Assembly: GCA_964276515.1 (NCBI GenBank)
Contig: OZ193909.1
Coordinates: 3,596,001 to 3,660,000, forward strand
DNA length: 64,000 nucleotides
Direction of reading: 5' to 3'
Origin: Gordius albopunctatus
Lineage: Eukaryota
The notes under the pieces were generated by a model, which saw only the letters and a list, made by a program, of their open reading frames with translations, searched no databases and was not told the DNA's origin. The position numbers were made by a program, and so were the translations under genes. Below are positions 14,701-27,227 of this stretch, piece by piece. Each line of letters starts with the position of its first letter. Positions within the stretch are counted from its first letter, which is position 1.

Positions 14701-15207
14701 TCTAGATTTAAAATTTTTTGTTACAATAAAGAAGTGTTAAAACTATACTTTGCATCACTATGAGTTGTCTGAACCAAATCTTCTACTTTATTATGCTCCA
14801 CATTATTGGTTATCACTTGTATTGCTGGTTCTGAGAGGTCATTTGCTATAACAGTCTGAATATTTAATAATTCTTTAGCATATCTAATTGCTCTCATTCC
14901 AGTGGCTGACAATGCATCTAATATTCTTACACCATTTTGACCTTAATTAATTCATAGAATTCTTAGCAAATTGTTTAAAACATATTATATCCAATAAAAG
15001 TGTCATTTTATTTACATCTTGATTTGACTTTTAGATTTGAACTTTCATTTAATAAATTAATGTATGCAGTTATTGCCAATATTCTAAGAAAATAAGTATT
15101 AACTTCATAAGTTACGTTATATCTCTATTAAACTCTTGCACTGGATTATAAAAAACTGTCTCAGGCAAAATTAATTCACAGAGCCCTTCATTTACAACTT
15201 TGGACAT
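5763..15207 (-). CDS. TRMT1: tRNA (guanine26-N2,N2)-dimethyltransferase Trm1
   Basis: 13 exons: 15116-15207, 15016-15083, 14749-14941, 14279-14394, 13988-14100, 11140-11288, 10558-10650, 9963-10026, 8452-8580, 7612-7697, 6821-6929, 6630-6703, 5763-5910. Motifs [84 protein letters not shown]. Confidence 0.93.
6146..6302. mobile_element. hAT-type MITE in a TRMT1 intron
   Basis: Imperfect TIR CATGGGCGTAGCCA / TGGCTAGGTCCATG; 8-bp TSD GAGTTTTT on both sides. Confidence 0.8.
9078..9116 (+). ncRNA. Minimal hammerhead-ribozyme-like core (possible Penelope-type remnant)
   Basis: CTGACGA-T-GTCCTC-TAT-GAGGAC-GAAA: catalytic boxes around a perfect 6-bp stem II. Stems I and III are weak. Confidence 0.45.
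9183..9664. mobile_element. MITE of a TAGTGTTGTAAAA-terminus family (relatives at ~10122-10263, ~12130-12318, ~51600-51753)
   Basis: Imperfect inverted termini, an internal palindrome at 9562-9613 and shared GTCGAC/GACC motifs among copies. Confidence 0.6.
11665..12636. mobile_element. Degenerate TIR element with nested MITE fragments
   Basis: GGCAAACTGTTTGCAGATTTTGGTAGAGTTTT (~11687) is inverted relative to AAAACTCTGCCAGAATCTGCAAACAGTTTGC (~12583). Ends are approximate. Confidence 0.55.
12679..13611. mobile_element. hAT non-autonomous element with subterminal CGGGT arrays
   Basis: TIR TAGAGCCCTGCA / TGCAGGGCTCTA; 8-bp TSD CCTTGCAG (12671-12678, 13612-13619). Confidence 0.9.
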
Positions 15208-16299
15208 AAGGAAAGAAAATTTAAAAAATTTAGTTTATTGTCATCTAACTACATAATTAGTATTTTGGCTGTAATAGAGGTTTTTGGTTCGGGTATAGGC
15301 GTCCGACAATTTCATGAATCAAGCATAGAATTTGTAAACATATGATTATAATTTATATATTACTAGCTGACCCGGCAAACGTTGTTTTGCCATTTACCCC
15401 GGTGTATTCGCAGAATATATCATCTTATAGATAAATTTCAATAGATTAACAATATATCAAATACAATTGATAAGTCTTTATTATGCAAAAATTTTCAAAC
15501 AAATAGTTAAAGAGGGCCCAAGGCCCACCCTAAGAGAAAACCTGGCCCCATGGGCCCCTTCCCCCAAGGGAAAAATCTTTGGCCCCCTGGCCCTTCAAGC
15601 AATTTTTTTAAATTTTTTGTAATTAAGAAACAATATCATAATTATAATTATTTGTTTCTTAATAAAACTTTTAACTCTGAACTTAATAATGTCCGAAGAA
15701 CTGAGATATATCAACATTTATCGGCACTTTGTTAAAAGTATTTTCATTTTTCTCCTTATTTAACGCGCAAAAAATGACAAAATTAGATTTTTTAATTTAT
15801 TGAATCATATTTTTGGTGACAATATCAAACAATAATTGATCAGTAGAAGGATTTGGTATTTCTGCGGATACTATACTATCTATGTCTTCTGGGCGTATTT
15901 TGTCAATGAACCAAATCAAAATATGTGCATGAGGTAATCCACGCTTTTGCTGCTCCACCGAATACATCCAAAAACGTGCAGGGCCAAATATGTGTAATTT
16001 TGTAATAAAGTTAACGAAAGACCTTAATTTTTGTTTAAACACACTGGTTATTATGTCATGACGATGTATTGAATTTTGTCCTGGTAAGAGTAAAGATGTA
16101 ATTTCCTGCCATTTTGGGTTACATGTAAAGGTGATAAATAAACATGGTCGTCCGTATTCGCGTACGTAAGGCATGGCATCCTGTATGTATTCTTGCATGT
16201 GATGCGGACTACCTACGTACGATGATGGTAGAATAATGGAGCTACCAATTTCGGCAGCGTCAGCGTTGGTAGCGATAGCGTCTCGCAAGTGGATGTATT

Positions 16300-17538
16300 T
16301 AGTGTTTCGATCTCGTCTCGTCTCGATCTCGAAACCAAAATCTCGTCTCGTCTCGGGTGGGATTATTAGAATCTCGATCTCGTCTCGGCCTAGAAAAATC
16401 TCGATCTCGTCTCGAGGAGAATTCTCGTCTCGTCTCGACTTTTAAAAATAATTATAATAACATAATTTTTTTCTTATAAATTATTATATAAGGTATAAAT
16501 TTGTCAAAATAGACGTATTTTTTAACTTGAATCTCAAAACAGAAGCTTGAGTAACTTAAGGTAGGAAGCAATATAATATAGGTGTTATATACTAATTGAC
16601 TCAAAGGTATAAGGCTGCTAATTAATAAATTTTATGTCCTGGGTAAGGCTCAATAAAATAAAGTTTAATATCATCATACTTTAACATAATGAATTTATTG
16701 AAATTTTAAATAATAGAGTACAAATAATGAAAAAAATGCGAGAGTAACTTTTTAAAACATTATCATTTATAACAAGTAATTATATGAATATCGTAAATAC
16801 AATAAAATAGCCATATTGTTGGAAGAACATAAAAGTTTTGATATCTTAGGTTAATTGCACATATATAATTAAGTAACGTTTATTTAGAAAATTTAAACAA
16901 TTCTATTATGGTGTGGCATCCCATTATATATAACAAAATATTGACTTAATGTATAATAATCCTTATGATGGTAACGTTTTAGATGTCGTTGAAGACCTAA
17001 AGTATTGCTATCTGTCATTTTTATTTCTTTGGAACAGAATTTACATTTCCCCATTTTATTTGATTCCTCTTTGGATATTGTGAAATGTTTCAGTAGCTTG
17101 TTCTTTTTTAAATTGCATGCTGGGGAAAAACTCATCGTCTAAAATTTTCATATTATATAAGCTAAATAAATACATAATTACTTCTTCGAATAACACTATG
17201 TTAATGTTTTAATAAGATTATACTATAAATTTGAAATTAGCGCGAAGCGGATAATTAGGTGCGTAAGTAATTTAAAATCAAAAGTTCAAAATCATATTAA
17301 TTTCATTTAATATCCTAAATTTAAATTTCATGAAATAAGTTTTTTAAATAGTTAAATTTAACTTAATAGTAAAAAATAAAAATTAAAGTCGAGATCTCGC
17401 CGATAAAATCTCGTCTCGTCTCGTCTCGAGGTCAAAATTCTCGTCTCGATCTCGACTCAATTTTTCAAAATCTCGTCTCGTCTCGGGTTTTCGAGACGAG
17501 ACGAGACCGAGATTTGTCTCGGTTTTTCCGCATCACTA
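16300..17538 (-). mobile_element. hAT deletion derivative with a BED zinc-finger remnant, nested in the Helitron
   Basis: TAGTG...CACTA termini, TCTCG subterminal arrays, 8-bp TSD GATGTATT. ORF 16893-17135 has HF..CKFC..SNTLGLQRHLKRYH. Confidence 0.88.
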
Positions 17539-18803
17539 GATGTATTCTTCAGCACGCAGCTTTTTCTGATTATAACGTAAGAAGCGTAAGCGCTCGCTCT
17601 CAATCTTCACATACATATCCACAATCAACTGATGGCAAAGCTCTCGACAGCCTAGAATGATGTTGTCTTCACCGTTTCTAATCATCAAACGATAGGCATA
17701 ATAATCCATCGAGCTCACTTTTTTGCTTGTTTCAGCTCCTGTGATATGATACATACAAAAAAATTAAAAATGAGTAGTCATGTTTTATGTTCTATAAAAT
17801 ACCATTTCGGGGATCCCGTTGTTTAATGTTTATAAAATAACCGTCTTGCCCCTTCCAAAAAATGAGCGGATATTGGAGAGCGTCATAGGAACGGTGGGTA
17901 TCAGGAATGAACTGTAAATTATCATCTCTTTTTCGAATCACGATTTGGCGCGAAGCTGTACGGTCGCCAATCATGATTCCAGCAACATCGTCAACAACAG
18001 GTGCATTAAATATCAGGATAGATGACAATAGCGTGTTTGTCACTTATTAATTTGTGCATGTGTGCTTTAAATAATTTTAACAATTCATTGTGCTCAGTCA
18101 AAAGAACGTCCATATCGCTGACGATACGCCTGGCAAAAGGTGAATTAATGTGATTGTAGCCGCAACGTGCATCTACGCGATTGGCTAGTGCGCGTTCAGA
18201 GTCCTCACCACCCATAAAGTAAATTTGTAAAAATTTACAGGAACCGTTTGGCATTGGCAGCAGTGAGCCAACTTTGTGAAAAACTTGGCCTTTAATTTTG
18301 AACGTTGAATTAAATAGCTGACCGTTTCCAGCATCAGTTTTAACTATTTCTGTTGCTCCGAACGACGTCATTTGGAAACATGAATTAAATGTGCGAATTG
18401 ACTTTAGGAATAGGCTAGAATCAGGATCCGTGCCAATTAGTAAGCCGTGCAATGGTTCAGGTGGTGCTTCAATTGACGTTAGTTGTACTTTTCCTGATGC
18501 GCAACACATCCCTGATGGCTCATTTTTAAATTTAAGTGCATGACAATGTGGACATTCTTTGTCTATAGTAACAATGACCACTTTGGAATGGGCGTAATAT
18601 TCAACATCAGGCTCATACTGGAATGCTAGTCGAAGGAATGAAGCCGATTTAAATGCTCGATGTACTTGTTGACGTTGTAGGTTATTTTCTCTATGTGTGT
18701 TACTTGCAAATCGGCGGGCTTGTTTTTTTAATCGTCTTTGTTGATTTCGTTCATCTTGTGCCTCTTGCGATTGTGATTCACGTATTTGTGCCATGCTCAC
18801 ACG

Positions 18804-19021
18804 CAGGCGCGTAGCCAAGGGGGCAGAGAGCGGGAATTTTCTGGCCCCTTGACCAAAATTTGAAACTTTTTTTGAGAAGGGAGAGTCCCTAGCGAGATAT
18901 TCCCCTAACTCTTGTTTTATTTATCATTTGCGAAATTTACTTGTGTTACATTATAAATAAAAATGTCGAAATTTTTTTTGAATTTTTCTTCCCCCTTGAG
19001 AAAATCCTGGCTACGCGCCTG
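18804..19021. mobile_element. hAT-type MITE nested in the Helitron
   Basis: TIR CAGGCGCGTAGCCA / TGGCTACGCGCCTG; 8-bp TSD CTCACACG. Confidence 0.9.
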
Positions 19022-21459
19022 CTCACACGCTTATCTGCATTGTTTTTTAGGGTTTGTTCGTGTGTTCCTTGAGATCTTATTTTTTCATTAATGCATTCTT
19101 TTTTGTTCGACGGCCTAAATTGTTCCTTTTGCGTTTAGCTGGCATTGTTACCTATAAATAGGGTATGTTGAAAAAAATCTCTTTTAAATCATGCAAACAA
19201 TGAACTGAGGAGAATTAATGTTTGATTAGTGGATAATAATTGAAAGTTTAATCGTTATTTTTACAATCATCCCAGAATAAATATATTTATTGACCAAAAT
19301 AATTCCACAAATACTATAAATCAATCTCATTTGATTTTGCTATAGATGACTTAAATAAAAATATATTCTTAAATATGGTCTATTTGTGTTTTAAACATAT
19401 CTTTAAATGAAATATGAAAATTATAAAGATATGTAAATATTTTAATCATTAAAGGAATCACTAAATAATATCCTAATTAGATTCTTAACAAAAATTATTG
19501 CAATTAAAATGAATATATCATTTTTATTTATGTGTATTCAGTCTTGAATTTAGATTAAACTCTAAAAATTAAATATTATTTTAATTATATATCATAAATG
19601 CGCATGAACTGGCATACTAACTATAAATAAATCTCATTTGATTTTGCTATAGATGACTTAAAAACTTAAATAATGATGGTACAAATTCAGAGGAGTTATA
19701 ATTAGTAAATAAAAATATATTCTTAAATATGGTCTATTTGTGTTTTAAACATATCTTTAAATAAAATATGAAAATTATAACTAATGACCCTACAATAACA
19801 ATAAGATTAACAATTTATTGATACCTGATATTATTCAAAAGGTTGTTGAGATCCTATGAATTGTTTGGAGTATTGGAAGAAGGTGGATTTGCGAGGTTGT
19901 TGAGATCCTATGAATTGTACATTACAATAATAAGATTAACAATTTATTTATACCTGATATTATTCAAAAGGTTGTTGAGATCCTATGAATTGTTTGGAGT
20001 ATTGGAAGAAGGTGGATTTGCGGAAGAATACATTCACAACACGATAAATACGCAGTATACGTCATGAAATGGCGTTTGAGTGACATTTTAGTAAACGTCA
20101 AAACGTGTAAAACTAAATAACATGACCGTCTTGTGACTTAGAAATTTGGAATATGGTTAAAAACCTAAGCTCAGACCTACCAAGCATTTGCAGAAATTTC
20201 CATCTAAATCGGTCCAGCCGTTTTGGAATAATTTAACCACCCACACCGTGACACGTGAATTATATATATATAGATTTAAATAAGATTTAATTGTTTAAGA
20301 TAATAATGTTGTAATTATTAAGCAGGTGTATATAATATTTTTATAAGTATTTTAATGATAGCATGTAGATAAGATTGTTGTTATAGTTATATCTAATAAG
20401 AATTAATTTATAAAGACAGCAATATTATTAAAGATGGATATAGTAGCTTTATGTTTTAATGATTATACATTAGAGTTAATTACTAAAGATATTAACAGAA
20501 ATTTATGAACATATGAATATTAGTGATGTTGTAATGAATATACTTAACAGGGTTTAATTAAGATAATAGTTGTAATATTAAATGATTTTTGTAAGTGTTA
20601 TAATCACTATGTTAAAATAAGATAAGTGTTATAATGATTGATATTTAATTTTAAAAGCTAATAAATCTCTGAATACACCTATGTTAAAATAGTCTTACTA
20701 ACGACGGACATACATAAAAATTATATTAACATTTTATTGTAAATCAGATACATCATATAAAAAGGAGTCAGGTTTTTGAGAACACATGCAAGATGAGGCA
20801 TTAATATAAAAACATAAAGGTAAAGGATTATAAATATCAGTATAAAGCCATATAAACCTATTAATATTATCATTTATAAGTGTGTTTTATTTATTACGTG
20901 AATAAACTCTTTTCCCCTGAGAGATGTGAAGCAAATTGAATTTGGTTTTGTTCTTTGCTTTCAAAAATTCAAGATCATTGACTAAAAATTATATTAAAAC
21001 TAATATCTAAAGGGATTTACTTTAATGATTGTCTTGTAGTCATCGAAGGGCTTCTAGAAATAAATGTGCATCTTCAAGAGAACCTAATTTGTATATAACT
21101 TTAATTAAATTTTTATTTGAAGTATTGCATGATGATCCTATAGATATTAAGATTGAAAATTAATAACATACCTCAAGACATTTGTTATTCAGATTGTTTA
21201 AGCTTAAAAAAGATCATGTGGAAGTGATTAGCATTCAATTATATAACATACAATTAAAACTTTATTTCAATTAATCAATAATAAAGTTTACATTCTAAGC
21301 TGTTCAAAAAAAAATCCAATTTCCAGACTAGACAATAAAACTAATATTCAAATTTTAAATATTTAATTAATACAAAAAGTTAGTATATAAAATATTAATA
21401 ATTAAACGCATAAAATGAATAAGCTATTATTTTATAAACAATTGCATATAATATAGCGT

Positions 21460-22060
21460 GTCTACATTTGATATTCGTCTAATGTTAATATATATTTAAA
21501 TATTTACAAGTATGTTTTAAGTTGCTAATGATTATAAATACACTAAAATATTGTCAAATTAGGTGATTCTATATACAGTTACATGTCTATATATAATAAT
21601 AGCTTAATAGTAATTAATAATATGAATAACATATTTAAATATTCACCAGTACAGTACACTTTAAATTGTTAATGTTTGAAATACACTAAAGCACCTGGCA
21701 TATTAGGTTATTCTATATACAGTTGCATGTCTACATATATTAATAGCTTAATTTCAATTAATAAAATGGATAGCAAATTTAAATATTTACAAGTATGTTT
21801 TAAGTTGTTAATGATTATAAATACACTAAAATATTGTCAAAGTAGGTGATTCTATACACAGTTACATGTCTAGCTTAATTTTAATTAATGATATGGATAG
21901 CAATAAATAATCACCAATACACTTTAGGTTGTTAATGATTATAAAAGACTAAAGCACTGTCAAAAAAGGTTATTCTATATACAGTTGCATATGATTCACC
22001 ATGTCTACATATAATAGCTTAACACTTTAAGTTGCTAATGATTATAAATACACTAAAACT
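21460..22060. repeat. Degenerate AT-rich tandem repeat (~130-150 bp units)
   Basis: Recurrent TTAAGTTG(C/T)TAATGATTATAAATACACTAAA...ATTCTATATACAGTT(A/G)CAT. Confidence 0.7.
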
Positions 22061-23334
22061 TCATAACTGTTAAGGGCCATATTAGGATTTATTTTGAATT
22101 TCAAAATGCTGGCTACAATCTTCTCTTAATACTAAATTTAGCAGTTTAGGGACGGTTCACCTGATGTCTCTAAACTCATATATAATTTCTCGCAAATATG
22201 TTAGGATATTGTATGTAGATTATGTTCGGTTAGGGAAATTCCATATATACCAATAAATTAGCTATTTAAATATTTAATCCATATCCTACAATATCTATAA
22301 CAAACGATAGTGTGTAAACTCAGGTTCTGTTTGTTGAGTCAGGTCCGAAATATTTAAAAGCCACGCCCAGTATTTGTTGGGGATGGCGTTGAAAAATGCC
22401 AAGTTTTTTTTATTAACTTACAAATCAATTGAGTATTTCATAAATTTATTTTTGTAAATGTCCACGGCACTTATGCAAACAAGTGAGACACGAAAAGACA
22501 CGACATAACAGTCAGAACAGACACTACAAGACAACCAAAAGCGAGGCCATAAATTGTATAGCAATTAATAACCAGGGGCGTTCGTTTTGGTACATTCGCC
22601 TATCATGGGGTATTGTTCTTATAAAACTCATCTATACTCCATATAAACGTAGCACATAGCTATGTAATTTATAGGCGAAATAGGTAAGAAGGGGAAAGAA
22701 TGCCTATGGGGGGGGGGGGCAATGTAGCATGGAGTCAGATAATACTAGTTTATAATTGTTTTTTTTTTCAAAATTATTTACAAAAATTTAGCTTTTTATG
22801 TATTTTAATGCAAATAAACTAAGTTATTATTTTGCATTTAATACTTATTTTATAAGCATACGGATAGGTTTTCTTTCACTCATTCTTTATTATTACCTGC
22901 TTTATCATTCATTGCCTTATATCAAATTCTAAACTAATCAAGAATATTATTTATGGCGAGGGGAAAGCAAATGGAGGGGATGGCATTGGAAAAGCCAATA
23001 GTCATCCTTCAAAATCTTAAAACTTTAAATTGAGAATTAAAGTGGATTTCTTTAACGTAAAAGCAGCGGTAATAAGCTAGTATATTTGCGAGAGCAAAAT
23101 AGAAGTCTTTTACAGAAGCATATGTCCACAGCCAAGTCTATAAAAATAATTATAATACAAAATTTATAACTTACCTGAAAAGGTTAAATAAAATGGCAGT
23201 TTAAGTGATTTAATAATCATTACAGGTAATTTATTTTATAACTTTGTTGTACTTTCTAGTTATATATATTATATTTTAACAAATTAAGTTTAAAACTATA
23301 AAATGAGACTGGAACAATAAAATACAAATTACTG

Positions 23335-26300
23335 TCAAAATATGTCTCTTTCAGTATTAATATTTTCATTCGAAATAATATTTAAATGCGAATCAATATT
23401 GTCATCATCAAAAGAATTATGACTAACAAACGAGCGCGATATAACAATATTAGAAAAATTCCAATTACGCGAATCATAGGTAAAAGAAAATAAATTTGCG
23501 ATATTATCTAAATAATTAAAAACATCAATCGAAAGCGACGTATCATTATAAAAAGAGAGCAGATTAGTTATTTGAGCATCTTTTTGCTTAACGCGCTTGC
23601 TAATCGAAAATACTTTTTGGCCTTGATCAATTTGTAATAAATTGATCTCAGCTTTCTCATTATTTTCTATTAAAAACGAAATGCAGGTGTAAACATCAGG
23701 GCGAGGTTGCCCAATAAGGGACTTTAGAGAGTTGTGATAACCCTCAAGATGGTTATTGGTCCTAGGACCAATAGCATCACATCTTTGCCACATGGAATAG
23801 GGAAATATAGCCGAGGGGCTTATCCATGTGGTCAAAATATAATCAAAAAACGCGCGCATTTTAGCATGCTGGGAGACAATAGGGTCATCCCAGCATGATC
23901 TCCAGACCATGTACACATCGTTCGAACGCAGGAATGGAAACCCCGTAACCCTTCGAATCATCTTGCGCATTCGAGGATCCCGCAGATATTCCTTCTTAAA
24001 TCCCAACTTATCAATTCTTCTAAGAAGGGCCTTAGAGTAATGGAACAGGCAACCTTAAATAAAAATATAAGCATAACAATTTTAATTAATACCTTTGATG
24101 ATGGCGTTTGGGAACGATTTTTCGATCGCGCTTTTAGCGGACCGCTCAAAATCAATTTGTACAAATCTTGGGTTTAAATGTAAATTTAAACCCAAACACA
24201 CCCTCTTAATTACACTGAACACCCTGCAGTATGTTCCACGCATCCTATTAGGCATGAAGACATATACCACAGGTATCATGTGGTCCTTATAATACGCATG
24301 TATAGTATAGAGCTAAAATAATTGATATATTAATGCATAAATTATAATTTACTTGATAAAATAATTTTGGGCATACTTTAAAAGTACCATCCATGTAAAT
24401 GGATGGTACCTCACATAAAACCTTCAACAGTGAAGGCGTCCCAAAAATGAGAATGTCATTGTTGTCGTTCCATATGAGGAACGACTCTCCTTTCGGTGTC
24501 AAAGTTTGAACTTCGCTAAGTCGTATATCCCTCCTAGCAGGGGGAACGGCTTGCCTGTTTGGCTTGGCTCTTTTCATAGTCAACCGCACAGCCTTCAGGG
24601 GTGCTGTTGCCAGTGGATACGCACCCAAGTCAGGGACCTCGCGAAGTCTGGAAGCTATGGTTTTGTGATATAAGAGGCTAATTTTTGTAGAAGGGCTGGC
24701 TATAACCGCTTCCTTCAACTTCATCTTTGTGACAAGCGCTTCGTACTCCTCCCTTGGCAGTTCATGGTTATGTCCATGCTTGACAACGACATTCCCATTA
24801 AGTTCTGAGGCACTTGCGGGGCAAGATGAGTTTCGACAAGAGTAAAAAACTCTGCCATTCTTTGTACTATTTTTCACATAAAGGTGCTCCCTAAAATATA
24901 GAATTTTTCCTCCCTTTTGTGATAGTATGTACTCTGGAGTTGCCACTATAAGAAATATATATATGATTTAAAAAGAGATACCTTCATAGTTTTCGTCCAT
25001 CTGGTTTGTTGCATCTACCAACAATAAAGCATCATTCATAGTAGCACCATCTAAAAACGAAATTGTGTCAGTTACATGTAAATTAAGATTAAAATTATTG
25101 TTTTACCACAAAACAGAGACTCTTGCACATTATCTCCTGACACATCGCGCGAAGGTCCTTGAAGTTGACCTAAGAAGTCTATAAAATACAGAATACAATT
25201 TACTACGAGGTAGGATGTTTACGGGCTGAGGCCTACACAATGCATTGGGAATGTTCCTTGAAGTTGATTGCAAATAAATTGGTTGACCTAAGAAGTCTAT
25301 AAAATACAGAATGCAATTTACTATGAGGTAGGATGTTTACGGGCTGAGGCCCACACAATGCATTGGGAATGTTCCTTGAAGTTGATTGCAAATAAATTGG
25401 TTGACCTAAGAAGTCTATAAAATACAGAATACAATTTACTATGAGGTATGATGTTTGTGGGCTGAGGCCCACACAATGCATTGGGAATGTTCCTTGAAGT
25501 TGATTGCAAATAAATTGGTTGACCTAAGAAGTCTATAAAATACAGAATGCAATTTACTATGAGGTATGATGTTTACGGGCTGAGGCCCACACAATGTATT
25601 GGGAATGTTCCTTGAAGTTGATTGCAAATAAATTGGTTGACCTAAGAGGTCTATAAAATACAGAATACAATTTACTATGAGGTAGGATGTTTGTGGGCTG
25701 AGGCCCACACAATGCATTGGGAATGTTCCTTGAAGTTGATTGCAAATAAATTGGTTGACCTAAGAAGTCTATAAAATACAGAATACAATTTACTATGAGG
25801 TAGGATGTTTGTGGGCTGAGGCCCACACAATGCATTGGGAATGTTCCTTGAAGTTGATTGCAAATAAATTGGTTGACCTAAGAAGTCTATAAAGTACAGA
25901 ATGCAATTTACTATGAGGTAGGATGTTTACGGGCTGAGGCCTACACAATGCATTGGGAATGTTCCTTGAAGTTGATTGCAAATAAATTGGTTGACCTAAG
26001 AAGTCTATAAAATACAGAATACAATTTACTATGAGGTAGGATGTTTGTGGGCTGAGGCCCACACAATGCATTGGGAATGTTCCTTGAAGTTGATTGCAAA
26101 TAAATTGGTTGACCTAAGAAGTCTATAAAATACAGAATACAATTTACTATGAGGTAGGATGTTTGTGGGCTGAGGCCCACACAATGCATTGGGAATGTTC
26201 CTTGAAGTTGATTGCAAATAAATTGGTTGACCTAAGAAGTCTATAAAATACAGAATGCAATTTACTATGTATGAGGTATGATGTTTACGGGCTGAGGCCC

Positions 26301-27227
26301 ACACAATGTATTGGGAATGTTCCTTGAAGTTGATTGCAAATAAATTGGTTGACCTAAGAAGTCTATAAAATACAGAATACAATTTACTATGAGGTAGGAT
26401 GTTTGTGGGCTGAGGCCCACACAATGCATTGGGAATGTTCCTTGAAGTTGATTGCAAATAAATTGGTTGACCTAAGAAGTCTATAAAATACAGAATACAA
26501 TTTACTATGAGGTAGGATGTTTGTGGGCTGAGGCCCACACAATGCATTGGGAATGTTCCTTGAAGTTGATTGCAAATAAATTGGTTGACCTAAGAAGTCT
26601 ATAAAGTACAGAATGCAATTTACTATGAGGTAGGATGTTTACGGGCTGAGGCCTACACAATGCATTGGGAATGTTCCTTGAAGTTGATTGCAAATAAATT
26701 GGTTGACCTAAGAAGTCTATAAAATACAGAATGCAATTTACTATGAGGTAGGATGTTTACGGGCTGAGGCCCACACAATGCATTGGGAATGTTCCTTGAA
26801 GTTGATTGCAAATAAATTGGTTGACCTAAGAAGTCTATAAAATACAGAATACAATTTACTATGAGGTATGATGTTTGTGGGCTGAGGCCCACACAATGCA
26901 TTGGGAATGTTCCTTGAAGTTGATTGCAAATAAATTGGTTGACGTAAGAAGTCTATAAAATACAGAATGCAATTTACTATGAGGTAGGATGTTTACGGAC
27001 TGAGGCCCACACAATGCATTGGGAATGTTTCTTGAAGCTGATTGCAAATAAATTTGTTGACCTAATAAGTCTATAAAATACAGAATGCAATTTACTATAA
27101 GCTAGGATGTTTATGGGCTGAGGCCCACACATGTTATTCAAAATGCCCTTTGTAAGTGCTTGACCTAAAAAATTATAAAATCTAGACCCTAAAATGTACT
27201 TGATGTCTTATGAGGAGTATGTCGCAT
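23335..27227 (-). CDS. FLYWCH-MULE transposase, element 2, with an N-terminal micro-exon repeat array
   Basis: Predicted exons 27200-27227 (ATG), 27096-27164, 16 repeat exons, 25107-25169, 24982-25050, 24353-24945, 24093-24312, 23335-24053. Motifs YMDGTFK, QIDFE, GCLFHY and RTNNHLEGYH. Core intron positions and the 220-nt middle exon match element 1. Confidence 0.85.
25170..27130 (-). repeat. 118-bp tandem array (~16 units), each an 84-nt exon plus a 34-nt GT-AG intron
   Basis: Minus-strand unit: gtaaattgtattctgtattttatagacttcttag + GTCAACCAATT...CTACCTCATA, encoding (S)QPIYLQSTSRNIPNALCGPQP(T/V)NILPH. Confidence 0.9.

Larger units (their letters stand above)
15797..19145 (-). pseudogene. 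Helitron Rep coding region, disrupted by frameshifts and two hAT insertions
   Basis: ORFs 18006-18818, 17792-18043, 17536-17754, 15797-16288. Removing the 16300-17538 insert and one TSD restores KLRAEEYIHLRDAI. Confidence 0.85.
15363..20274 (-). mobile_element. Helitron with Rep remnant and no helicase
   Basis: Minus strand: 5' TCTATATATA..., 3' hairpin GGCAAAACAACGTTTGCC then CTAG, inserted between A and T. Rep fragments with CPHC/CC, FNSCFQMTS, YDALQYPL, LFITFTCNPKW and QKRGLPHAHIL (HUH). Confidence 0.92.

Noticed and set aside
19790..20067. 74-aa ORF with an internal repeat
   Set aside because: It results from a local duplication inside the Helitron 5' region; no domain evidence.
20700..21340. 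Possible decayed coding exons
   Set aside because: Frequent stops and no recognisable motif; no call can be supported.
25170..27130. CRISPR-like array or the tandem small ORFs listed in the ORF track
   Set aside because: There are no unique spacers and the context is eukaryotic. The listed ORFs are unspliced read-throughs of a 118-bp (non-3n) unit.
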